Assembly (NCBI GenBank): GCA_021787985.1
Contig: JAJYLG010000008.1
Coordinates: 2,821 to 66,820 of the forward strand
Direction: 5' to 3'
Length of the DNA stretch: 64,000 nt
Source: Chloroflexota bacterium
GTDB taxonomy: Bacteria; Chloroflexota; Dehalococcoidia; DSGV01
Both the position numbers and the translations under genes were made by a program. The first letter of the stretch is position 1; each line of letters opens with the position of its first letter. This document shows, one piece after another, positions 7,858-15,841 of the stretch. The notes under the pieces were generated by a model, which searched no databases, was not told the origin of the DNA, and saw only the letters and a list, made by a program, of their open reading frames with translations.

Positions 7858-8643
7858 TCAGCGCGCGACTTCGCGCGTCAGCGTCTCGACCAGCGCGCCG
7901 ATAGCCCGCACCGCCGGCGCCGACGGCCGATAGTCAATCGCCGATCGATTCTCCCGATCGGCATCTTGAACGGACTCATCGAACGGGACCACCCCCGCCA
8001 CCGCCACGCCAAGGCGCTGGCTGTACTCGCGGATGGCGGCCTCGTCCCGTGGCGAACGGACCTTGTTCGCGACCGCGTGAACGCGAGGGAGACCCAGCCC
8101 GCGCGCCAGCGGCACCGTTCGCCCCATCGTCTCCAGCGCTCGGTAGTAGGGCTCCGTCACCACCAGCAGCGTGTCCACGTTGCGCACGGTGCCACGGCTG
8201 AGGTGCTCGATGGACGCTTCCATGTCGAGGATCGTCACCTCGTTGCGCGACGAGGACGGCAGCTCCGCGATCACGCCACGCACCGTGGCGTGCTGTCCGC
8301 ACAGTCAGCCCTTGCCCGCGCCCAGGAGGCCGGTCATAGAGAGCACTCGCATCCCGGCAGGACCGACCACGCCGTACTCCGACACGATCTCGTCGAAGGG
8401 ACGCCGCAGCCGCAGGCTGGCCCGCCCTTCTTCGTCTACCAGCTCGTCGAATATCGCTTCTCGGGGGACGCGGCGCAGCGCGCTGATCTGTTCTGGCGCC
8501 AAGCCGAGGGCCGCCGCCAGATTCGGATTCGGGTCATCGTCGAGGGCGTTGACGCGGTAGCCACGTTCGGCGAACACGCGCGCCATCGTGGCCGCCACCG
8601 TCGTCTTGCCGGCGCCGCCCTTCCCCGCGACGGCGATTCTCAC
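7858..8643 (-). CDS. cooC: CooC/AcsF-type Ni-insertion ATPase with in-frame UGA (predicted selenocysteine, U113-L-C115)
   Basis: The two ORF-track pieces (8305-8745 and 7858-8283) are one reading frame separated only by TGA 8305-8307. Motifs GKGGAGKTT, DDDPNPNL and DMEASIEHLSRGT are present. GTG start at 8643 follows GGGAGG, giving 261 codons. Confidence 0.85.
8272..8307 (-). other. Candidate bacterial SECIS element
   Basis: UGA, then 12 nt, then the perfect hairpin CACGCCACG-GUG-CGUGGCGUG (8272-8292). The apical loop starts with G about 20 nt after the UGA. Confidence 0.65.
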
Positions 8644-8817
8644 GCCCCGCTCTCCCTCCCAGCACGGCGAGCGATCATCGCTCCGGCCATGCGCTGGCGT
8701 GCGAGCGGCTCTCCCTCCGCTCCACCCTTCGCCCGGGTAGTCCACGGCCGCCCCGCACGCTGGGCGGTCAGGCGGCCGATGAGATGGACAACCGGGCGCC
8801 TCCCTCGGGATGCTCGC

Positions 8818-8846
8818 ATGTTAGTGCGGGATTTCCCATATTTCAA
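8818..8846 (-). promoter_or_regulatory. Sigma70-type promoter for the cooC-hydrogenase operon
   Basis: TTGAAA (8841-8846), 17-nt spacer, TAACAT (8818-8823), in a locally AT-richer patch. Confidence 0.6.
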
Positions 8847-8929
8847 GCCAGGGTCGGAGGACCGCCGCCTGCCCGCCGACTCCGGAAGCCGGCGGCGTTG
8901 GCCCGTACTCTCGTGCGGCTCGAAGCGAC

Positions 8930-10615
8930 TCAGCTTGCACCGCGGATTTGCGTTCCCACCGGCTGTCCCGTCACGAAGACTTGCTTGAAGCAGCCGTTCG
9001 TGCCGCTGCCGTACCAGCCATGGGCGAAGTACCAGGCATCCAGCACCGCCGCACGGTAGATCCAGTAGCCCGTCGGATAGTACAGGTCGATCGTGGGCAG
9101 GTCTTGGGCGAGGATGACCTGCATCCGGTCGACGATGGCCTTGCGCGCGGCCTCGTCGATGGTCGAGAGCTGCTGCGCGGCAAGGCTGTCGAACGTCGGA
9201 TTGGCGTAGCCGTGGACCCGGGTGAAGCTCTTGCTCTTGCTGTGACTGTCGAACTTCGCGCGCAGGCCATCGGGGTCGCCTCCCAGCCCGCCGAAGCCGA
9301 CCAGCGCAAGGTCGTAGCGACCCTGGGCCGCCGCGCTGTCGCGCGCTTGCCCGTCCATGACCTGCGGCGTGACCTGGATCCCGGCCGCTTTCAGGTAGGA
9401 CTGGAGCAGCTCGGCAACACGGATCGGATCGCTGTTGGCCAGGATCAGTGGGAAGCGCAGCGGGGTGCCCGTCGCGGTCTCCCGGACTCCATCGTGGTCG
9501 CGGTCGAGATAGCCGGCGTCGTCGAGGAGCCGCTGCGCCTTTGCCGTATCGAATGGGTACTGTGGCACCCGGGGGTTATGCCAGGGGCTGGTCGGCGCGA
9601 CCTGGCCGGGATTCCCGACCACCCCCTGGCCCTGGAGGAAGCGCGCGACCAGGTCGTCCAAGTTCAACGCGTAGCCGACCGCCTGCCGGAATCGGACGTC
9701 GGCCAGCGGACCGCCCTTCGCCATGTTGAAGAACAGCGCGAACGTCCATTCCAATGGCGAGCTGATTGTCTTGAATCTGTTGTCTCGCTTAAACGAATCG
9801 AGGACGCCCGGCGGGGCCGCCTGGTTGAACCCGAGGCCGCCGGCGTCGATCCCACCCTGCTGCAGCGCCAGCAGCTCGTTGGGGGCGGGCACCTGTTCGA
9901 TCCGCCGCACGTAGGGACGGCCGAGGAAGAAGCTATCGTTCGCTTCGAACAGATAGCTGCCCTGTGCTTCGTTGTACTGCTGCAGGCGATATGGCCCGGT
10001 TCCGACCGTGGCGCTCGGTGCGTCGAACTTGGTCGGGTCACTGACCGGTTCCCAGACGTGCCTGGGCAGGATGAACACCGACGTGGCGATCGACGGGATC
10101 AACGGCGCGTAGGGCTCCTTGAGGCGCAATCGGATCGAGGTCTCCGTCACCTTCTCGGCACCCGCGACCACCTGCAGGCTAGACGCCCACCATGGGGTCG
10201 GGTGCGCAGCCAGGTACTCGAAGGTGAAAACCACGTCGTCGGCCGTGAACGGTTGGCCGTCCTGCCACTTCACATCCGGGCGGAGGCTGAAGGTCCAGGC
10301 GCGCCCTCCCTGCTCCGGCGCCCAACTGGTCGCGAGCCACGGTATGACTCCGCGCGAGTCGTGCCACGCGAGGGTGTCGAAGACGTAGCTCGTGTTCACG
10401 TGTCCCGGACCGCGCGAGAACATGAACGGCGTGGGTCGCCCGTAGTCCCCGCCCGCCAGTCGCACTGTCGGCCGAGGGGCGGCCGTCGCGGTCGCGGTCA
10501 CGGCCTGCTGTGCCCCGCCGCTGCACGCATTGAGCAGCCAGGGGGCGGCGGCGACGATCCCGCCGGCGCCGGCCGCCCGCAACAATGCTCGCCTGGTCAG
10601 ACCTCGACTCGCCAT
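8930..10615 (-). CDS. ABC transporter substrate-binding protein, family 5 (Opp/Dpp/Nik), Tat lipoprotein
   Basis: TRRALL twin-arginine motif, lipobox LNAC, and LRPDVKWQDGQPFTADDVVFTF and VGTGPY family 5 motifs. Confidence 0.88.
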   Translation of the reverse strand: MASRGLTRRALLRAAGAGGIVAAAPWLLNACSGGAQQAVTATATAAPRPTVRLAGGDYGRPTPFMFSRGPGHVNTSYVFDTLAWHDSRGVIPWLATSWAPEQGGRAWTFSLRPDVKWQDGQPFTADDVVFTFEYLAAHPTPWWASSLQVVAGAEKVTETSIRLRLKEPYAPLIPSIATSVFILPRHVWEPVSDPTKFDAPSATVGTGPYRLQQYNEAQGSYLFEANDSFFLGRPYVRRIEQVPAPNELLALQQGGIDAGGLGFNQAAPPGVLDSFKRDNRFKTISSPLEWTFALFFNMAKGGPLADVRFRQAVGYALNLDDLVARFLQGQGVVGNPGQVAPTSPWHNPRVPQYPFDTAKAQRLLDDAGYLDRDHDGVRETATGTPLRFPLILANSDPIRVAELLQSYLKAAGIQVTPQVMDGQARDSAAAQGRYDLALVGFGGLGGDPDGLRAKFDSHSKSKSFTRVHGYANPTFDSLAAQQLSTIDEAARKAIVDRMQVILAQDLPTIDLYYPTGYWIYRAAVLDAWYFAHGWYGSGTNGCFKQVFVTGQPVGTQIRGAS

Positions 10616-10697
10616 GCCCCCTCGCCTCCGATCGCTCTTCCCATCGCGGAACCAGTCCGTCCGGCTCGATGCCCGAGCCGCCGGCGGATTCGCGCGC

Positions 10698-12620
10698 CTA
10701 CTCTTCCGCCGCCGCACCCGCCTGGATCTCGCGCCCCGAACCGGGCGGCTTCCAAGCAGGCAAACGGTCGTCCGCCGCCTCAGCCTCGACTGTCTCTGGG
10801 GCCGCGCGACCGTTCGCGCGCAACGCTTGGGACCTGGCGCCGGCAGCCGCGACGAGCAGCCGCCGCGTGTAGGGATGCCGCGGCTCGCTCACCACTTGCT
10901 CCGAGGGCCCGGCCTCCACGATCCGTCCGTGCTCCATGACGATCACGCGGTCGGCGACTTTACGGACCAGGGGTAGGTCGTGGGAGACGAGCAGGAGCGC
11001 GGTGCCGTGGTCGTTCTGGAGGTCCTTGAGCAGGCGCAACACGCGGGCTTGCTCGCTCGGGTCGAGCATCGAGGTCGGTTCGTCCGCCACGATGACCTTG
11101 GGGCGTACGACCAGGGCCCGCGCGATGGCAATGCGCTGCAACTGACCGCCTGACAGCTCGTGCACGCGCTTGGCCAGGAACTCCCGCGTCGTGGGCAGCC
11201 GGGCGGCGGCCAGCGCTGCCCGCGCCGTCTCGTCTCGTTCCGCGCGGTTCCCGATCCGCTGGATGTCGAGCGGCTCCCGCACCAGCTCGAGCGCAGTGAG
11301 GCGTGGGCTCAACGCCTCGTACGGGTCCTGGAAGATGAACTGCAGGAGTCGGCGCGCGGCTCTGCGCGCCTCCCCTCTCAGCGAATGGAGCGGCTGGCCC
11401 TGCAACTGCACGTCGCCCCGGTCCGGTTCGAGGAGGCCCACGATCATCCTGGCGAGCGTGGTCTTCCCGCTTCCCGTCTGGCCAACGACCGCGACCACCT
11501 CGCCCTCGCCCAGATGGAGGCTCGCGTCCTGCACGGCCTGCACCGGTGGGCCCGGGCCGTCGCGGAACGTCTTGCTGAGTCGCCGCGCCTCCAGCAGCAG
11601 GCGAAGACCGCCCAGGTGGCAGGCAACCAGCCGGTCGAGCTGGGGCATGAGCGCCGGGATCTCGGCCTGGCAGCGATCGATGGTTTGCGTGCAGCGCGGC
11701 GCGAACGCACAACCGGAAGGAGGGCACATGGGGTCGGGCGCTTCGCCGCGGATTCCCCAGAGGTCCTTCGAGCGCGTCATGGTGGGGTAGGCGTTGACCA
11801 GACCCCAGGTGTACGGATGGCGCGGGCTTTCGATCACGTCGTGAGCCTCGCCGACCTCCACTGCCCGTCCCGCGTAGAGCACGAGCGCGCGCTGCGCCAG
11901 TTGGCGCACGTCGTCGGGGTTGTGGGAGATCACCAGCATCGCGAGGTCGTGCTCCGCGTGCAGCCGCCGCAGAAGGTCGAGGATCGCCACGCGGGTAAAG
12001 GAGTCGAGGCCGCTGGTCGGCTCGTCGAGGATGAGAAGCGCCGGGGCGCCGGCGAGGGCCATCGCCAGCATGGCGCGCCTCTTCTCGCCTCCGCTGAGCT
12101 GATGGGGATAGTGGCCGAAGCGCTGGGCTGGCAGGCCGACCTCATCCCACGCGCGGAGCGCGCGCTCGCGAGCCGCGTCGCGGCGCAGACCGCGCCGCTC
12201 TTGGAGTGGCTCGATCAACTGGTCGCCTACCCGCTGTACCGGATCGAAGCCAGTGCCGCTCGCCTGCGCGACCAGCGCGATCTGCGACCAGCGGAATCGG
12301 TTCATGGCGCGGTCGTCGCGGAGCGGCAGTGGCGTCCCGCCGAATTCGACGACTCCCTCAACCTCCGCCGTGGGCACGAGGCCCAGCAGGGCAAGCGCCA
12401 GCGTGGTCTTGCCTGAACCCGATTCGCCGATGACTCCAAGGGTGTCGCCACGGCCGAGCTCGAACGTGACCCCGCGGAGCGCCGGGAGCATGAGGTCATT
12501 CGGCAGGCGGTAGCGCACGCTCAGCTCGCGAACCGCGAGCAACGACCGGTGCGCGACGGCGCCGTCCGTCGAGGGTCGCTCAGGCCCGCGTTTGCAGTCG
12601 GTCGACTCGTGCGTTTCCAT
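10698..12620 (-). CDS. Fused dual-domain ABC ATPase (OppD/OppF-like)
   Basis: Two Walker A motifs (GESGSGKT, GQTGSGKT), two LSGG signatures and a PSGC.F.PRC...ACH Cys motif. The start is uncertain. Confidence 0.88.
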   Translation of the reverse strand: METHESTDCKRGPERPSTDGAVAHRSLLAVRELSVRYRLPNDLMLPALRGVTFELGRGDTLGVIGESGSGKTTLALALLGLVPTAEVEGVVEFGGTPLPLRDDRAMNRFRWSQIALVAQASGTGFDPVQRVGDQLIEPLQERRGLRRDAARERALRAWDEVGLPAQRFGHYPHQLSGGEKRRAMLAMALAGAPALLILDEPTSGLDSFTRVAILDLLRRLHAEHDLAMLVISHNPDDVRQLAQRALVLYAGRAVEVGEAHDVIESPRHPYTWGLVNAYPTMTRSKDLWGIRGEAPDPMCPPSGCAFAPRCTQTIDRCQAEIPALMPQLDRLVACHLGGLRLLLEARRLSKTFRDGPGPPVQAVQDASLHLGEGEVVAVVGQTGSGKTTLARMIVGLLEPDRGDVQLQGQPLHSLRGEARRAARRLLQFIFQDPYEALSPRLTALELVREPLDIQRIGNRAERDETARAALAAARLPTTREFLAKRVHELSGGQLQRIAIARALVVRPKVIVADEPTSMLDPSEQARVLRLLKDLQNDHGTALLLVSHDLPLVRKVADRVIVMEHGRIVEAGPSEQVVSEPRHPYTRRLLVAAAGARSQALRANGRAAPETVEAEAADDRLPAWKPPGSGREIQAGAAAEE

Positions 12621-13464
12621 AGCGCTCCAGCGCGGTGCCCCACAGCGTGAACCCCACGACGAGCAGCGAGATGCAGGCTCCGGCGGGGAGGGCCCACCAC
12701 AACCAATAAGGCGTGAGGTAGATCCCGTCGAAGTTCAGCGCTGCACGGAGGACCCCTCCCCAGCTCTTGAGGGTCGGGTCGCCCAGGCCGAGAAAAGCCA
12801 GCCCGGCCTCCATCATCACGGCCCGTCCGGCCAGCGACACGAACGCGGCCGCGGCGACGGGCGTGACCGCCGGCAGCAGGTGGCGGCGCATCAGGTAGAA
12901 GTGGCTGCCTCCCAACAGGCGCGCGGACTTGACGTGAGCGCGCTCGCGCAAGGTCAGGACCTGGGCGCGGATCACCCGTGCGGGCCCGGCCCACATTACC
13001 AGCACGACCACCAGGATCACGCTGTTGAGCCCCGGCCCGAGAAAGGCGGCCAGGACGATCATCAGCGGAAGGTGCGGCACGGCCATGAAGACGTCCACGA
13101 CGCGCATCAGCAACGCGTCGAACCAACCGCCGACGGTCGCCGCGCTAACGCCGACGAGCAGCGCGAGCGCCAGGCTCAAGCCGGCTCCCAGGAGTGCGAC
13201 CGTCAAGGAGACGCGAGCGCCATAGATGAGCTCGCTCAGGATGTCCTGGCCGACATCGTTCGTGCCGAGCAGATACGCGCCGGTCGGGCGCAGCAGTGGC
13301 GCGGCGACGTACGCGGTCGGATGGTACGGCGCGACCAGTGGCGCGAGGACGGCCGTGGCCGCGAACCCGGCCACGATGCCGGCACCCAGCCACGCCGCGC
13401 TCAGGCGCAGCCGTCGTCGGGAGACGAGGGCGGGGCGTGGCAGCGGCGTCGCGAGGGAGCTCAT
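12580..13464 (-). CDS. ABC permease (OppC/DppC/NikC-like)
   Basis: LLGTNDVGQDILSELIYGARVSL, EAA-loop region and LAFLGLGDP...SWG. Confidence 0.9.
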   Translation of the reverse strand: MSSLATPLPRPALVSRRRLRLSAAWLGAGIVAGFAATAVLAPLVAPYHPTAYVAAPLLRPTGAYLLGTNDVGQDILSELIYGARVSLTVALLGAGLSLALALLVGVSAATVGGWFDALLMRVVDVFMAVPHLPLMIVLAAFLGPGLNSVILVVVLVMWAGPARVIRAQVLTLRERAHVKSARLLGGSHFYLMRRHLLPAVTPVAAAAFVSLAGRAVMMEAGLAFLGLGDPTLKSWGGVLRAALNFDGIYLTPYWLWWALPAGACISLLVVGFTLWGTALERYGNARVDRLQTRA

Positions 13465-14492
13465 CGGGTCCTCACGCGCGGGTCAAGCCGGGCATAGGCC
13501 AGGTCGGCGATCAAGTTGGCGGTGAGCACCGACACCGTGAAGACGAGGAAGACTCCCTGCAGCACGGGATAGTCCCGAGCGGAGACCGCCTGAAACGCCA
13601 GCGTGCCCATGCCGGGATAGGCGAACACCGCTTCGACGAAGATGGAGCCGGTCACGGCGAAACCGAGCTGGATCGAGAGCACGGTGACGAAGGGGAGCAG
13701 CGCGTTGCGCAAGGCATGACGGTACTTCAGGCTGCGGTCGGACAATCCTTTTGCCTTGGCCACGAGCATGAAATCGTCGCCCAGCACGGAGATGACGCTG
13801 TTGCGCATCAAGAGGAACTGGCCGCCCAGCATCTCGATCGTCAAGACCAGCGCCGGCAACGCCCAGTGGTGGAGCAGGTCGGCCAGCGCGCCCCACGGTG
13901 AGCGGTAGTGGGCGAACGGCGTCTGGGCGCCGGCGAGCGGGAACCAGCCGAGCCGGACGCTGAACAGCAGCAAGGCGAGCACGCCGAGGAAGAAAGCCGG
14001 GAGGGTCCGAATGCCGGCGAAGAGGACGATCAGGCCGCGGTCCAGCGGCGAGCCGCGATGCCAACCGGCGTGCAGGCCGGCGACCATGCTGACCAGTGAC
14101 GCCGCGAGCATGGCCGGGAAGATGAGCAGGACGGTCCAGAGGATGCGGTGCTGGATGAGCAGGCTCACGGGCGCATTCAGGCGAATGGACCAGCCGAGGT
14201 CCCCCGTGGCCAGGCCACGGAGGTACCTCCCGTATTGCACGATCAGCGACTGATCGAGCCCATAGTAGTGCGAGAGCGCGGCGCGGCTGGCCTGATCGCT
14301 GACGTAGAGGCTGCTCTCCGGGTCCTGCAACGCCGTGATCGGGTCTCCCGGCATCATCCGTGGCAAGGCGAAGTTCAGCGTGATGACGGCGAACAGCGTC
14401 AGCACGAAGGCCGCGCAGCGTCCGGCCAACCAGCGGGGAGGGCCGGTACGCTGCCACCGCATCCGTCGTGCCGCCCGTGCCACGGCTAGCAT
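13461..14492 (-). CDS. ABC permease (OppB/DppB/NikB-like)
   Basis: RMMPGDP, GLDQSLIVQYGRYL..L..GDLGWS, AKAKGLS and RDYPVLQG. Confidence 0.9.
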   Translation of the reverse strand: MLAVARAARRMRWQRTGPPRWLAGRCAAFVLTLFAVITLNFALPRMMPGDPITALQDPESSLYVSDQASRAALSHYYGLDQSLIVQYGRYLRGLATGDLGWSIRLNAPVSLLIQHRILWTVLLIFPAMLAASLVSMVAGLHAGWHRGSPLDRGLIVLFAGIRTLPAFFLGVLALLLFSVRLGWFPLAGAQTPFAHYRSPWGALADLLHHWALPALVLTIEMLGGQFLLMRNSVISVLGDDFMLVAKAKGLSDRSLKYRHALRNALLPFVTVLSIQLGFAVTGSIFVEAVFAYPGMGTLAFQAVSARDYPVLQGVFLVFTVSVLTANLIADLAYARLDPRVRTR

Positions 14493-14564
14493 CGCGTGCG
14501 GACCCCCCTCCTCCCCCGGCGCCTTCCGTTTGGCGCCTCCGGACTCACCTCGTGGAGCGGCCTG

Positions 14565-15191
14565 CTAGAGCCGTCGCGGCCAGCGAGAGTCCAGCCGTTC
14601 GAAGCACGGGATGCACAGCATCTGTCCGCGGAAGCGTCGCAGGCGCGTCTCCATCGTCATCTCTCCGCATCGCTCGCACGGGACGGACTCGTGGACGCGC
14701 GCGTGCGCCGGCACAACGGGCTCTGCCGCGCGGACCGCGTACAGCCGTTCCTCCGGAGCGTCCAGGACGGCTTGCGCTCGCTGCTGGTGGAGCGCCTGGA
14801 ACCGCGCTCGCTGCTCGGGTGTCGCCTCGCCGGCTCGCACCTTCGCGAACAGCGCGGACCATTCCGGGTCCGCCGGAAGCGCCTGTGGCAGGCTTACCAG
14901 CCGGATCGCCTTGCCATCGCTGCGGCGGATGAACGTGTAGGCGTTCTTGCCGTGATCCAGGTGGATCAGGTTGCCCTTGCCGAACGTGCAGCCGGTGAGG
15001 TACTGGATGGCGTCCACGGCGCACATGTCGGTCTCGACGACCGCCACCACCTCCTCGTCCGACGAGTGGGACCCGATCTCGCGCAAGGCGATCTGCGCGG
15101 CGCGGATACCGAGCGCCAAACCGGGGCACATGTGCCCGTGGAACCGGACGACCTCCGCGACCGCCGACGGGGCGTCGATTGCTCCCGCCAT
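14565..15191 (-). CDS. FmdE/FwdE-family protein with a C-terminal zinc finger
   Basis: FHGHMCPGLALG, VETDMCAVDAIQ..TGCTFGKGNL and C..CGE...E......LCIPC. ATG 15191 follows GGAGGAG. Confidence 0.88.
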   Translation of the reverse strand: MAGAIDAPSAVAEVVRFHGHMCPGLALGIRAAQIALREIGSHSSDEEVVAVVETDMCAVDAIQYLTGCTFGKGNLIHLDHGKNAYTFIRRSDGKAIRLVSLPQALPADPEWSALFAKVRAGEATPEQRARFQALHQQRAQAVLDAPEERLYAVRAAEPVVPAHARVHESVPCERCGEMTMETRLRRFRGQMLCIPCFERLDSRWPRRL

Positions 15192-15237
15192 CGCTCTCCT
15201 CCTCCCGCTCCCGCCGTCTTCCCCAGCGGGTCGACCG

Positions 15238-15537
15238 TCAGGCCGCGCAGTTGCAGTCGCCGCAGGCGCAGCGACCGTGGAAGAGCTCCCGCTCGAGCCT
15301 GGCCACGTCACGCAGCCTCTTGAGCTCCTCAGGTGCGAGCGCCGCCACAAGCGCCGGCACCAGGAGCAACAGGTCGACGAGGTGGGCGAAGTCGGGGCGG
15401 GCACCGCCCCACTCCCAGAGCGATATGGCCGACTGGTCAACGCCGACCATCCGCGCGAGCTCCGCCTGCGTCCAGCCGTGGGTGGCGCGCGCGGCGCGGA
15501 TCGCCGTCGCCAGGTCCGCTGTCTGCTGCGACATCAC
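15238..15537 (-). CDS. XRE-family HTH transcriptional regulator with a Cys-rich C-terminal tail
   Basis: IRAAR..HGWTQAELARMVGVDQSAISLWE.G..RP HTH. The protein ends in HGRCACGDCNCAA. Confidence 0.85.
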   Translation of the reverse strand: MMSQQTADLATAIRAARATHGWTQAELARMVGVDQSAISLWEWGGARPDFAHLVDLLLLVPALVAALAPEELKRLRDVARLERELFHGRCACGDCNCAA

Positions 15538-15572
15538 GCATCTCTCCCCTGCGCGAGCGCCAGCTCGGAGTT

Positions 15573-15629
15573 ATGAGTGGGCTCATGTTACGCACACGCG
15601 CGGCAGCGGGTCAAGCGCAAGTCAAGCGC
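15573..15629 (-). promoter_or_regulatory. Promoter and candidate operators for the XRE-fmdE-ABC operon
   Basis: TTGACC (15609-15614), 18-nt spacer, TAACAT (15585-15590). An ATGAG-N4-CTCAT palindrome lies at 15573-15586. GTCAAGCGC direct repeats lie at 15610 and 15621. Confidence 0.55.
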
Positions 15630-15841
15630 CTGACCGAGGCCACCTGACGGAGGAAGGAGGGACACGAGGCGCTCTCGCGCGCCTCGCGCGTAACACTCGG
15701 CCGGACGCTGGCGGTTTGGGCCAGCGGAGAGATGCCACAAGGAGGGGATGCGGCATGAGGAGAGGCCGGCGGTCTCGGACCGCGGCATGGAGCAAGGATT
15801 GAACGCCGGGCGACCCCGAACGTCAGCCTGAGGAGGTCGGC

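Noticed and set aside
8305-8745. cooC as a pseudogene or two separate genes (ORF track 8305-8745 and 7858-8283)
   Set aside because: Both parts are in the same frame, the stop falls exactly on a conserved Cys, all motifs are intact and a SECIS-like hairpin follows. Recoding is the simpler explanation, pending a check for Sec machinery.
15238-15240. TGA after the Cys-rich tail of the XRE protein as a second Sec codon
   Set aside because: Readthrough gives low-complexity sequence out of frame with fmdE, and no convincing SECIS hairpin follows.
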